Positions 13,916 through 27,654 are shown, counted from the stretch's first letter. The stretch is DNA of 64,000 nt from Lama glama (GCA_028534125.1 CM052816.1:2420001-2484000), one strand, 5' to 3'. Numbers and translations: made by a program. Notes: generated from the letters alone by a model not told the origin.

Positions 13916-15525
13916 CTGGTTTTGGGGACCGCCATTTTAGGCAGGATTCTCTAAGAGGGTCTCGCTAAAAAGCTGACATTTGCGGTAAGACCTGAATGTT
14001 GATTAAAAAAAAAAAAAGACAGTCAAGTGAAGATCTGGGGTAAAGGAGGAAATTTTGGAGTAAGAGGGATGTGTAAGGAAGACTGGGCCTTTCGATAATT
14101 ATGGCACAGAAAAAGCTAGACATCAATTCACCTCTCGTCCACTCCCCTTCCACCAGAGTCTACCAGTAACACCTCATGCGCAGGAACTCAGCACCTTAAC
14201 TGGTACCTTCGGTCCCTGAGGAACCATCCATGGTCCCTCCCTTCTCAGAAAGACTCTGGGTTTGTTATTTTCCTGATTTTCTTTCTTCATCAAAACTGGC
14301 CTTTCCTGCGTCCCACGTCCTCAGCCACTCACATTTGCTAACACAGTAAGCAACGTAAGTTACTCTTCCAGACGACGTCTGCATTTCACGGGGACCAACT
14401 AAAGGCAACATGATCACAGATGGACGGCAGAGATGAAGGCATCCAGGCACGATGGAGGCCTCTGAGGATGCATTTTAGAGCAGAGGGGCCTCGTGGCACC
14501 CACACTGCCCAGCATGGCGAGTCCCATGTTCCCTTTCAGGGCTGGCTTCAGAAACAACCGACTGCCTGGAATGTACTCCAAACTGACACTTAAGGATAAA
14601 GATGTCTATTTCAATTCCACACACAACTGAAAATGGAGTGAGGTTGCAATTTAGGGCAAATATTGACAATATCTCCAACAGATTGCATCCTAGTGCATGT
14701 ATATAAGCTTGAGGTTGAGTAATTCCTTGTGAAAGGGTTTTACATTAGTATCTTGAGTTTTCAGTGTTGAACCACAAAGGAGCTGCTGCAACCTCCTTAA
14801 GCAGCTAAAATCTAGTTCCCAATTCATAAGAAATTTGGCCATGGAAGATGTTTAACAGAGTGGTGTCACTAGTCAGAGCTGATGAAATGCAAGCACGGAG
14901 ATGGTATCTATCAGAAGGGAAATTAGAATAAATGAATATTAAAATATTTAAATCTATAATAATGTGTTCAAAACACAGTTCTGAGGAACATTATCGTTGG
15001 AAGTGAGAAACCAGCGCTAAGTCACTTAACAGTCTTTTCTAAGCAGCCTTCTTCCTCCATTTCAACTCATTAGGATAATATTAGTTTCAAGTATAATGGT
15101 GCAATTTTAACTCTACTGTACACAAATTACTCTGGTTCTCGCTCTGACGAGGTTTAGCAAAAATCCCTCTTGGCAGACCGTTAGCGATTGCTACAATGCT
15201 GGAAAAACAAAGAGAGATGAGGCAGTTATGAATTTTAAAAAAATACACAGTCAGGACAGCCAGTAGATTATATTTATCTAGAGGGTAGAGGAGAATGCGC
15301 CCAAGTCCTCTAGCTTAGTGGCTACCCTTTTAAGAGTTTAAAACAAAAGAAAGAAAGGAAAGAAGAGAAAAAGGACGAAAAACCCCAGAGATTTTGCCAC
15401 TTCTGAAATGCCCTGGATACCACAATACTGCATGGAGTAAAATATCAGAAGACAAAGCAATCTACAGATCTCCGATTTTTACTGTTAATCATCTGAAGGA
15501 CAGACTTTTAACACTAACCTGTGAA

Positions 15526-15557
15526 CACACAGACAGACACACACACACACACACACA
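15526..15557. repeat. (CA)n microsatellite
   Basis: cacacagacagacacacacacacacacacacac. Confidence 0.9.
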
Positions 15558-16074
15558 CTTTTTTGAAGTTCTAAAGGTCATGTTAATTTCTGCCAAATGC
15601 CATAGAGCAAACACACCTTTTCAATGCTCGATGACCATTACCCAGCTTTTCCTAGTTAGAATAAGGGAGAGAGCGGTAGCTACCTTGAAGGTTTCTATGA
15701 GGGTAAGTGAGTCAGTGGCTATGAGGCACTCCGTACAGGGCCTGCCACACACGAAGGACTTAGCAGAGGGCAGCTGTCATGATCACTGTTACGATTGCTA
15801 ACTAGCCACGTGGTAAACACGATGACTCATATCTGAATGAGAATCCAGGGCCCCAAAGCACTTCCAAATACATTATGACATTTGAACTTCAAAACCATCT
15901 GGTGAGACAGGCAGACAAGAACCCTCTTTCTTAAGGATGAGGATGCTAAGATTTTGGGAGAATAAGTTACTTGCTCAAGATCACATAACTGGAAATGCAA
16001 CTGAGATCTCCTAAATCCGAGGGACCCACAAAGCCTCTCTTTGTTTTTCTTAACTCTTAATAACCTGGACTTGC

Positions 16075-17880
16075 ATCCATCCATTCATTCATTCATTCAA
16101 CAAAATTATTTATCAAGAGCCCACTTTGTATCAGGTATAGTTTCTGATGCAGAGGGCACAGGAGGAACAAGACAGACAAGGTGCTTGTGGTCATGACTGA
16201 GTTTCTCACGTTTGGGGCTAGGGAATTGAGGCAGGGAATAATTAACAAACGTAGCAGGTTACCTAGTGTTATGAAATTAATTGTGTCTCCCTCCCTGCCC
16301 CCAATTCATATAATGAAGCTCTAATGCCCAGTATATTCTGAGGAAAGTGAGTGTTTTGGGAGATAAGCTTTTAAAAGGTGATTAAGTTAAAATGAGGCTG
16401 TTGGCGTGGGGCTTAACCCAATCTGTTTGGTATCCTTCCAAGAAGAGAAAATTTGGACACAAGGAGAGGCACCAGGGGTGCGAGCACAAAGGAAGGACCA
16501 AAGTCACAGCCAGAAGGTGGCCATCTGCAAGCCAAGGAGAGAGGTTTCAAAAGAAGCCACACCTGCTGGCACCTTGATCTTGAATGTCTAGCCCTCAGAA
16601 CTATGAGAAAATCAATTTCTGCTGCTTGAGCCACCCCGTGGCATTGTGTTGCAGCGTCCCCAGTGAACCAATACACCTAACATGAGAAGCTGGTAAGTAC
16701 TCTGGAGAAAAGGTGAAAGAAGACAAGGCTAAGGGTGATCAGGAGCTTTGGGAGAACATACTGCAATATTCAACAGGGTCTCCCGGGGAAGCGAAGATTT
16801 CAGCAGACACACGACAGAAGTAAGGGAATTAGCTATGGAGATATTCCTACGAAAAGGGGTTTCCAGGTAGAAGGGACAGTTGGAACAAAGGCCCTAGGGT
16901 GGGAATGCTCCAGGTATGTTGAGGAACAACCTTGGAGAAGAATGTGACTGGAAAAGAAGGAGCCGGGGGAGCAGTGGGTGAGGTCAGAGAGGGGGGGATG
17001 GACAGGTCAGGCAAGACCTTGTAAGCTCTGATTTCGTATCTGCGTGAAATGGAGTTGCTGGGTTCTGAATGGAGTGACATGACCCAGTATCTTAAAAGAA
17101 TCCCTTTGGCTCTGTGTTAAGAATAAGACTTAGGCTATTTGCGATAATTCATCACCAAGAGATGACAGTTCAAACTAGAGCAGTAGGTGTGGCAGTGGTT
17201 AAAAAAAAACGGTCAGGTTCTGAATCTATGGTAAAGGCGAAGCCAACAGGATTTCCTGAGAGACTGGACATGAGATATGAGAGAAACAGCAGAGTCAGTG
17301 ATGACCCCAAGCTCTTTGGCTTGAGCAAATGAAAGGACATATCTCTTTCTTCCAAGATGGGGAAGGCTGCAAGTAAAAGTGATACAAACACGAAGGGGAG
17401 TAATTTAATTTTTGATGCACTCAGTTTGACATGTCAGATGTCCAAATGGAGACAATCAATTAACAGTCTAATACTGGAGTTTGAAGTTTGAAGATTTACT
17501 ATGCAGTTGAAACTGGGGTTGAAGGGAAGAGAGGACTTGAAGGTGGTAAGGGACAGAGAAAAAGTGTTAGGATCAACGGCTCAGGGTTCTTGGCAGGGTG
17601 GAAAGGTGAAGTTGGGGCACTTGAGGAAGCAAGCTGGAAAGTCACAAAGTGGTAACGAGAGCGAAGCATGTGACATTGACACAAGATGGTGTTTGGTTGC
17701 TGCTGATCACAAATTCTCAGGTTGACAAGGCAGTGGGTGGTTGAGGTGGGGGAATGGGCAAGGCTGATGGAGGAGTGGGGGCCATGGTACTGAGAATCCA
17801 GTGTCTTAGAAGCTTTATTTATATGTATGTGAAATTATTCAGTTCCCATTCATTCATTGCTTCATTCAAATATTCATATG
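16075..17880 (-). mobile_element. L2 LINE (reverse), interrupted by an MLT1 LTR
   Basis: Begins with the reversed L2 tail (cattcattcattcaacaaa..tttatcaagagcccact); L2-like text resumes after 16680. Confidence 0.7.
16267..16675 (+). mobile_element. MaLR solo LTR (MLT1B/C-like), complete
   Basis: TG...CA ends (tgttatg..aataca); internal aaggtggccatctgcaagccaaggagagagg and ctgctggcaccttgatctt; 5-bp TSD cctag/cctaa. Confidence 0.9.
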
Positions 17881-18849
17881 CTAGCCATAAGGGAGAATGG
17901 AGTTGTGCTGAGAGCAAGGCTCAGGAAACCTAACAAGAGCGCCCTCTCACCCCGCTGTCCCTGCCTGAGCTGAGAAGATGGTCTTAGACTGGTCTAGGCT
18001 GAGTGATCATGGGAGCGGAAGAAGAAAAAAAAAAATAAGAAACTTCACTGAAGTTAACTTTGAAACTCCTTCGATGCCCAAATGAACAATTAACCCAGAG
18101 GCAAATAAAAATCTCATACTCTAAACATCCTTCACTGCTTGTTTTAAAAATTACTATTATTATTTGGTGTCCTCAGTAGCTTGCGTTCATTGTGTTGATA
18201 TGTGTGCTTCCTGGGGATTCTCTACACTCCAAAATCTGAAGAGTAAGCAAAAATAATGCTTCTGCTTAAACCCTTCACAGTTTATAGCCACATTTACATA
18301 ACATTAAATAAGTCAACAAAGGCTTCATTAGCTCCCATTAAAATATGAGTAAAGAAATTTAAACGAACAAGACAAGCTAATTGGTAAGTAATGTTGTGTA
18401 TCAAAAATTATGACTGTAAGATATCCCAGTTAATGAGAAGCCCTGCACTCATGTTTACTACGTATTTAAAAATTAAACGAAGGTGAATAAAAGTTAACAG
18501 AAAAGATTTTCCCCTTCATGGACGCTCTTATATCTGGTTTTCAAAGTTAAAAGTAATAAGGGTTATTTAAGCCTCCTACCTTGACAAAAAAACAAAAAAT
18601 CTCCGAGTAATTGACGTGATCTTTACTGTTTCTGTTCTGCTTGGGTCGTAAACAGGGAAGCACAGCCCTGTGCTCTGAGCGCAGGTCTTGGTCGTTAGAA
18701 GAATCCTCTCCTTTTCTTTTCCCTGCGGGGGCCCAGGCCCGACCCAAGGCGGAGTGTGCTCTGCCCGTCAGCTCGGGAGGAAGGCGGCGTGGCCATCTCA
18801 GCAGGCCAGTGCGACAGTGGTGCCCAGCGCTGTCCCCTGGAAGGACCGC

Positions 18850-18995
18850 CTGCGATGACAGTCAGCAATGCTCGTGCCTGGGCTCCACCCCAGACCGATT
18901 CGAGCAGAATGCTGGGAAGCAGGGCCCAGGCCTCTGCATTTTAGAAAAGCTTCCCCATTGATTCTGAAGAGCATCCAAGGTTGAAAACTCCTTCC
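18850..18995. mobile_element. MER5-family hAT MITE fragment
   Basis: ctgggctccaccccaga..gggcccaggcctctgcatttt..gattctga..aggttgaaaact. Confidence 0.65.
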
Positions 18996-19178
18996 CCAGC
19001 CCTCTCATTAATCAAATACTCGGCTGTTTACTGAGTGGCCTCCCGATACAAGGCTCTCTAACGGGAACTTCGGCAGCTTACTTATTTTTTTCTTTCCCCC
19101 AACATTTTATTATGACAATTATTATATAGAAAATTCAGAATCATTTTATAGAGAACACTTATTTAAAGATCACCTAGA

Positions 19179-19279
19179 GGGAGGGTGTAACTCAACTGGG
19201 AGAGCACACGCTTAACCTGCCTTGTGAGGTCCTGGGTTCAATCCCCAGTGCTTTCATTAAAAAAAAAACAAAAACAAAT
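19179..19279 (+). mobile_element. tRNA-derived SINE (camelid Vic-1-like) with TSD
   Basis: tRNA-like head gggagggtgtaactcaactgg with B-box gggttcaatcccc and an A-rich tail; 14-bp TSD aaagatcacctaga (19165-19178) / aaagatcatctaga (19280-19293). Confidence 0.9.
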
Positions 19280-19883
19280 AAAGATCATCTAGATTATACT
19301 ATTAATGTTTTACTATTTTGGTTTTTACATATATCTGTCCCTCTATCCATCAATTTATTTATTTTTAAAACCTATTTCTAAGTAAATTATAGACGTCTAT
19401 ACAGCGCCCCTTAAATATTTCACACGTGTATCATTAGCGAAAGCACGGTGTTTTGTTTATTTTCTTTGGATGTAAACTACCCAAAACATAAAAACACCCA
19501 GATCTTAAGGGTATATTCACTGACTTTGGACAAATGTATAAAGTCTGTGTGACTCAAACTGTTATCAAGATACAGAATATTAGGCAGCTTATTTTTGATC
19601 TGATTTGATGTAATTTTAAGACTTCGCTATTTAAAGAGGCTACGTAGAAACGGCAGTACTTTACCCCAAAGAAGGACCACCTAATGGGGGGATTTAAGGC
19701 ACCGAGGCATTAAGTAGAAAATACCTGAGAAGAGAGAAAAACAAAAGGAGTCTCTGCCTAGCGTCCCTCAGGTGGCTTCAGACATGCATACGTGTTGAAC
19801 CCGGATCACACCGTGCGACGCAGATAGCTTGTGGCTGGTGTGTCAGGCGAGGAAGCCACCTTGTAGCACAGAGTCCGATGGAC

Positions 19884-19919
19884 TGTGTGTGTGTGTGTGT
19901 GTGTACACGTGTGTGTGTG
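19884..19919. repeat. (TG)n microsatellite, interrupted
   Basis: tgtgtgtgtgtgtgtgtgtgtacacgtgtgtgtgtg. Confidence 0.9.
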
Positions 19920-20603
19920 CTGAGAGAAGATGTGGTTTTGACACTTCGTTTAGCTCAAGACATCAATATTTCTTTGAAAGTACACAGTTCTCTTTATGTA
20001 TGTCTCCTCCCAGCTGGCACAAGTCTATAATAATGGATACGACAGCTTCGCCTTCCAAAAGACCCGAGGGAAGCCAGGTCACAGGCTGCATCAGCTGCCC
20101 CACTCCCTCACCCTAAATCCACAGCTGCCCAGGTCCTCAGAGCCTCCAGACTTGGTATCGTCTGTGCATAGATGCTTCTAGAAAGCACAGTCTGATGGGA
20201 ATCGAGGCCCTTAAATGCTAATGGCAAGAGGAAATGCTCTTGCTCCTCAACTCTGAAAATCGAGGTTGATTTGATAAACCATAAAGATTTTCCAACAGCA
20301 CATCCAACTTTAGGTAAAAAGATACATCCTGCATCCTGTCTTTTTCCCCACGTGCTGGGGGTCTCCGTGTATTCCCTGCCACTTGGAAAGCTGTTTTCCT
20401 GGGCAGCAACGCCAGCAGAGCCTGCACGCGGATACTCACAAATGATGACTTTCCACCTTGTGGCCTCTGAATCACAAGTCCTCGGCTTAGAAATTCGAAT
20501 TAGACCTTTTCCCTGTGCTGGAATGGTCTTCACCCTATGTCTAACACATCTCTCTCCCTTCCTTTAAATTGCTTCAGAAATCCTAAATCCTTACAAAGAC
20601 TTA

Positions 20604-21420
20604 GTTCATTCACTGGGTCATTGAATGCTACTGAGTGATAGTGATTGACAACCTACTCTTGGCTACACACTGGGCCAGGTGCTGGGAATGCAGCAGTGAA
20701 CAGAGCGGTCATTGTCTTTGTTCTTACAAGGTTTTGTCTCACAAGGAAAGAAGCTAGTATCCAGGCAAGTGAACAATTACTTTCTTACAATTGATAATGA
20801 TTATGTGGAAGTCATCTTCAGAATGTTCTGAGTACGTGACAGAAGGGCCTAACCTAGCCTGTGACGTCTGGTGGGGCTGAGGGAAAGGGTTTCCTGAGAA
20901 AGCACAGCTCCCATAAGAGCTCAAGAATGAATTGAACACCACTGAGTGAAGAGCAGAAGTGAGAGCATTTACAGCAGAGGACTGTAGACATGCAAAGGCA
21001 CTGAGGCAGCGAAGAACAAAGTAATTGCCATAAACTGAAATCAAGGAGGTAGGTCACTGTGGCTGGAGTGGAACGAGCCACAGAGACAGCAGATGAAAGG
21101 CAGGAAGGGCCACATGCAAGGAGAGTAGCCATAATAAGGACCATGTGCTTCATTCTAATCACAGTGGAAAGATATTCTTGTAAGAATGCAAGTGAAGACA
21201 CAGTGAAGAAATTCTTCCAAGCAAGTGGTTGACATAATCAGATAGGATTTAAAAAAAAAATTTATTCTGCCTGGTTGTGGATGTTAGGTTGGAAAGAACT
21301 AATGTTGATACACAGATTGACTGATTTGGAGACTTAATCACTGATATGGAGTTATTCACTGATGCAGACGGTGACCTGGACCGGGGTGGGGGCCGTGGAG
21401 ACAGGGAGGTGTGTCTGAGA
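20604..21420 (-). mobile_element. L2 LINE fragment
   Basis: Reversed L2 3' end (ttcattcact..gccaggtgctgggaatgcagcagtgaacagag..ggctggagtgg). Confidence 0.7.
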
Positions 21421-22159
21421 TTAACAGCAGCTCATTTGTCCCTGCACGTTCCTGTTCACCATGCCCACCTGACAGTGGGATTTCCAATACACCAACTCAC
21501 AAGGCAGATACAGGTCTCACCACTAAATAAATACAAATTGGCATGCCTGGGAATTGTACATGGCCTGAAAGACCAAGAGAAGAGGTTCTTTTACATTAGC
21601 CAGCTGCACGTTGGAATAATACACAGACCTCTGTGAATCATTTCATGGTTTATTAAACAAAATTCTGTTTGCAATTGGCAAGTTAGGAAAATAAACGTCC
21701 ATGTTTGTTTTCACTTTCTATTTCCTTGGTTTGTCCAGAGACTCAAAGCCCAAACCTCAGGGCTGTCCTTGGAGACCCAGAAAGCAGACCTGTATCCCTG
21801 ATTTCGAATGACCCAGGAAAGCAGCCACAAATTGTCATTCGCCCCTGTGAGAACAAGGAGGAACTGCTGAAGCTGTGCCGTCATCAGGGAGGGCTTACGG
21901 GCTGCCTGCCCGGGCCAGCATGTATTAGCCTCCTATTGTGTGTTACTGCTCCAGATGCTGACCCCTCAGGCCATCTGCCCCTCCCAAACTGAGACTATAA
22001 AGGATCGAAGGGCAGAAGAGCTTTGCCTTTTCTGAGAAATGACACTCTACCCGTGTTCACCTGTAATCTCATTCGTGGTGTGCGTGTGTGTGTGTCTGGG
22101 TAAAATTTAGTTGGCTTAATCTTATTTGGGTGCCTGGTTTCTACAGAGGACAAAAAAAC

Positions 22160-22331
22160 CTGCGCATGCCTCAAAATCACCTGGAGGACTTGTCAAAACA
22201 CAGAGCGCTGGCCCCTACCCCCAAAGTTCCCGAGTCCGGTCCAGGGTAGAGCCTGAGGACTTCAGTGTCTAACAAGTTTCTGGATGACGCTGAAGCTGCG
22301 AGGTGAGGGACCACACTTTGAGAACCTCTGG
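22160..22331. mobile_element. MER5A hAT MITE
   Basis: aatcacctggagg..tctaacaagtttc..gaccacactttgagaacctctg. Confidence 0.85.
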
Positions 22332-23394
22332 TCTATGTGAGGTGGCCCTGCAGATCCGCTGTATTAAGGGAACACATCGGTTATTAAACGCCTCCTTTGC
22401 CTGGCCCTGTACCTGCTCTAGGTCTTTGAACATCCAGTTTCTTTGGCTGGGAGTTTTTCTGGAACTTTCCTTACCTCCAAGGCTGAGTTCGACTGGGCTC
22501 CCAGGGCATCTGTGCCTTCTCCATTCTGAGTTTATCTACCACCTCACATGGCTGATGCCTGCCCTTGATGGCAGGGTCATTCTCATTCTTTGTGCAGCAC
22601 TTGGCACACAGTAAAGGTTAATTTAAGCAAAATCATCAACTTCTGGTAAATGAATGGATGAGTGGTTCAGGACGGACCTCTGACCCAGGACATCTTGGCA
22701 GCATTTAGAATATTTACCTGGAACCGAATCACATTTCTACTGACTTCATCATTTAGCACCATACTTAGGGCCTCTAATATGTGCTCTGTGTTATACTAGG
22801 TAAGGCATTATCTCTGTGGGCAAAGATTTTAAAATCCAATTATAGCAAAGAAAACAGTCAAATATAAAATTGCAATCTGAGGATAACCTTTCCTGTTGAT
22901 TGACACATCTAAAGTCACTAAGCACTCCAGGCACCCGGAAGAAAAGGTCAGTTTTGCTCTGCACGTATTCGGTAAGTCTTTGGTCTGATACGGTCATGGA
23001 ATCAGCGGACTCATTCAGTTCATTTGGTGAAATTCTTACTAAAGGACTGCGGTGTGTCAGGCAAGGACCAGGAGAAGCTCAGCATTGTTAAGAAGAACTA
23101 GGGTTTATTTACTGCAGCCCATTTCCAGATACTAGAATCCCCTCAAAACCTGCCCATCCCGGATAGCTGTCTAACCACTACTTGAATACTTCCAGTGACA
23201 GAAGACTCACCACTTCATGTGGCTGCCAAACCTTGAAGTTTTGATGACTGTTAACTTTTCTTATATTGAGATGATATCCCACTTCCTGAAGTTTCCATTA
23301 CTGGCCCTATTTTGACCTCCTAGGGTAAAAGAGAATGTTTAATTTCTCTTTCCCCTGACCACCCATTAGATAGTGGAAATGAATTTGGCACAGC

Positions 23395-23640
23395 GCACAA
23401 CATGGGCACAGGAGTTTCATGGCCCAGCTTTGAATTTCAGGTCCCAAATTTACTAGCTGTTTGTTCTTTAACCTCCCTGAGGACCCAATGTCCTTATCTG
23501 TTAAACACGGTGAGCATGTTATGCCTCAGATGGTTGCTTTGAAGGTTAAAACACTTACTACTACTTGCAATGCATTTAGAACAGGGTGTGATATGGTATA
23601 TAATTAATGATCAATAATGTTAATTGTTACTGTTTTTATT
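23395..23640 (+). mobile_element. MIR SINE
   Basis: MIR core (tttactagctgt..ttaacctccctga..cttatctgttaaa..tcaataatgttaattgtt). Confidence 0.7.
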
Positions 23641-24539
23641 ATTCTTCCTAAAGAGGTCCCTTGTTCTCTCAATTTTAGATTAAGTATCCTTTTATCAGAC
23701 AACCATGACATGGCCCAGAATCGGCTGCTCTCAGCTCCCTGGTCTTTTCCAGAACCCAGGGTGTTGCATCGCGCTTGCTCTGGTGATCAGAGCAGAGCCC
23801 AGCACAGGGAGCTGCTTGTCTAGCACCAGACAGAAGAGGACTCTCCTCCCTTCCTACTTCAGCTTTGTAACAGGAGGGGTATTAATAATAACAAAACGTA
23901 TATTAAGTGCTTAGTATATGCAGGTATTTTGCCAGACTCTTTAAATACATCATTTCTCATTCTTACGACAGCTGAGAGGTTGGACAGGGACAAATCACTG
24001 AGGGACAGAGGAGCAAGGAGCCAAACAGATCCCTGGGCTTCAGAAGGGGGTTCCTCGCCATCCTCCATGCCGCCTTACTTGACGCAGCGAATTCCAAGAA
24101 ATGACGGGGCGCCTGACTTAGGCAGTCAGAGCAAAGCTGTAAAGTGAGTTGCAAGCCCTGAAGCACTGGATGGGGAGAAATGTTCAGATTACAGCTTTGT
24201 TTATTCATTGCTGTAATAGCTGCTCTCTCTCCCCGACTTTCTCCCTGAGTCTCCTGGGGTGGGCAAGGAAAACGCTCTTGGGCAGAATCTAACAGAACCC
24301 CGAAGTCACTCGGTGGACCAAGCCTGTTGCATTTCAAACACCAATAAGATAGGAAAGTTAGCATCAGAAGAATGCAGCCCACTGGGCACTACCATCTTAC
24401 GCCATCCAGGCTCTCATGAATCCACATGACACTGCTTCTCACTATTAGTGAACAGTCTGTAGTAAGAACTCTCCCCTGCGATCAGCGCTGAACGTCATCA
24501 GCAGGGACTGTTCAGGGGATTAAGCGCAGCGCAGCTGAC

Positions 24540-24735
24540 ATTCACTGAGTGCTCACTCTGGGCCAGGCTCTCTGCTAAGTTCTACAAGGTCACTTTCCCG
24601 CTATGACTACGTGTGCTGTACCAGCGAGCGAGCCACTATGACAGCTCCCTTTCTTAGATGAGGAAGCTGAGATTCAGGCTGATTATGCTAAATTCCAGCC
24701 TATCTGATCTCCTTTGCAGCCACAAGTCCATCCTG
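24540..24735 (-). mobile_element. MIR SINE
   Basis: ctgagtgctcactctgggccagg..agatgaggaagctgaga. Confidence 0.6.
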
Positions 24736-27654
24736 GAGCTATTTCTACATGGTTCCCATTTCCCCCCGACTAGATTTCCAGGAGTCACCCCCACCCCAAC
24801 TCCAAACACCCATACCACTGCTCCCGCCATGGTGAAGCAAGTGCCAGATGGAAACCAGGGGGCTCCAGTGGGGCCCGGGAAGACGGTGGGCTTCTGGTGG
24901 AAGCTCACAGAAAACTCTTTAGGGAGGGCTAGGCTCTCCCAGTTAGACGGACGGCAAATATGAGTCAACGCAACTCCTTAGTCACTCTACAAAGCACTGT
25001 CCTAGGTATTAAGTTATTAAATGCTTACAATGTTGAGGAAGGTACAGATATCATCCCCGTTTGACAAGTGGGGTCTGAGGTTGTAAGAATGGCTGAGTCC
25101 CACCTTCCTCAGCCAGAATGAGGCAGGGGGCAGGACCCACGCTTTGGAAGTCTCATGTACTTTGTCCCTTTGGTATCTTACTTTTTTACTTTTTAATTTA
25201 AAATGGAAATATATGTACGGTTGAACATGCTAGAAAAAAAAAAAAGGGAAACTGTAAATAAGCAAAGAGAAAAAAAAAAGTGAAGCCACCCAAATCTCGC
25301 ATTTCAAAACAACCTCCTGTAACATTTTGGTCTATTACCATCTAGGCTTTTTTTTTCTTTTTCCCAAAATACATACATTTTGCATTTTTTAAAAAGAGAT
25401 ACCATGCATATTCGTCATGGCCCGTTTTTATTTCCCCCACGATATACTGTGTACGTGTTTGCATGGTAGCATGTATGACGCTATATACGTACCCACGATT
25501 CACGGTCCACACTAGCCCACTCCGCAGCCTCTTAGAAGTTAAACAAACAGCCCCTATCTTCCACTTTGTGCTCTATCTCCAAGGCCATGCAGGCAGTGAT
25601 GGGCCAAAGGAAACAAATTAAAATAAAAAGCCAAACTTTCCCTATCCTACAGTCTTAGCAGGAACCTTAAATCTCTCCCCTCCCCCTGCCCTGAATCCCA
25701 CTCCGACACAAGCCAGCCTAGCGTGCAGGGGAGCTCCGAGCTGGGATGCACCACAAATTCAGAGAAGCAGCTTCAACTAAGTCCAAGCCTGGAAATCACA
25801 AAGGGTTTCCTACTGCCTTCTTTGAGGCAGGGTTTCACATTTAGTAAGAGAAAGAAAGGCCTCATGTTACCGTATTCTGACCACTCCGATAAGGGTGAGG
25901 GCTGCAGTCTTAACTAATGCCCCTAACCCTTTGTAGTGGGTGAGAAGAGAAACCCACCTGCAGACTCGGACTCTCCTCAGAAGAGAAATGCACCCAGCCA
26001 TTGAAGGAAGGCCTTTCCCAAGCTCTCCGCTTACCAGGCATTGTCCCAGCTACAACTGGATAACGCTCTCTGTGTGTGCATCCGGGTCGCGTCACTGCCC
26101 CAAGATAACGTTTGTCATTAGAATACAAAATACCTGCTTTGGAGGTTTGTCATTCCCTGCCAGATCAGATGTCGTTTTCTCTTTAAAGAAGAGAAAAAGA
26201 TAGAAAACAAGAAACAGAGGAGAAAAAAAAAAAAAGAGGTGGAGAGAGGAGCGATCAAGGGGGGTTAAGTGTGCGTGGGGAATGTGTGAACCGAATTTGC
26301 CATGGATTCTTGCTTGGTGGTGCGCTGAGGCTTCCCTTTCTAGGCATCGTATTCATTAATCTCCTACCCTTCTTTGCAAGTATGAGAGAGAATTTCTAAG
26401 TGAAGTACCCTTCCATGCTTTGAATCCATGCCAACAATCAAAGGTATACAACAGGACTGCTGAAAGCAGGGGAAGGGCTGATGGAATCTTAATAGCTCTG
26501 GGAACTCGCTCACTCCTTCCTCTCCTTGGAGCCCTATTAATAGTACAGTTGGTGACATCAAATGATTTGGATTCCCTTTTCCACAATTGCTATTTCGGCT
26601 CCTTTGCCATCTTCAAACTCTATTTCCCGTGGTAATGATTACATTTCCTTTCTTTCCAATGTCAGCTTATTTTCAAAGGAAAAAAAAAAAAACATGCAAC
26701 GCGGCTAAAGGAGCCAGAATAGAACAATTTGTTCCATTAAACAAATGTTTATTTGCATAATTGTGACTCCCATTCCCGCATTAGCACAGCAGCAAAGCCA
26801 ACAGTGTTCAATTCAGAAGGACACAGAACAAGAGACCTTACAACTTATTGGGGAACTGCCAGGGGGTTAAATAGTAATCATCCTCCCCTCCAAAGCCGAT
26901 GTCCACCTGCCAGGTGGAAATCTTCCCTACTCTACCCTGGCCTCTCACCTTACTGCTTTGGGGAAGATCTTTTACATGTTCTATAGGTTAAATTCTATCC
27001 TGATATTACATTTAAAATGGAAATTTGGTATAACCTTAAAAACAAACTGAAAACCAGAATGTGAGAACTTTGTGTTCTTCTGGAAGACGGGTCTCCAAAA
27101 ACAGCCTCAATTTATTCTTAGATCAACTCTCTCTCTTAATAATTCCTGAAAAAAGCAGGTAAATCCAAAGAATGCTGTGTTTGTTATGTTATGACTTGAG
27201 TCTTGCTGCCACACAAATTTATGCAGGAGGTGGGTCTGTCCTAGGTCCCTTGAAATGGGGTCTCACAATAACAGTCTCAAAGCATGAAGTCTAAAGGTAC
27301 GCATATTAATTTATATGAAGTTAAATAACCTTCGCAGTTATAAAGTGTATAGAACATTTATTACATGTTGACTTAACGTGCTGCTGTAGATATACAATAA
27401 GGGGTGATTTTGTTTTTACGTAGAAAAAAGAAAAAAATCTTCAAGATCATTGCAGGTTAGTCAGCACATGAAAAATTATACTACCTAAACTGAGAACTGG
27501 TGTTTTCTCAGAATCTATAGCTTTCTGATCCAGGTTCCTGGTTATTTATGAAAAAACAGTATCAGAGGTGACCCTGAGATGGGGTCTTTCAGGACTCAAG
27601 CACACAACAATGTAATTTACAACACGAGCTGAGCTGTGCAGCCAGCTATGGGCA

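Noticed and set aside
19179..19260. tRNA gene (also 44635-44714)
   Set aside because: Degenerate cloverleaf, A-rich tail and TSDs identify these as SINEs.
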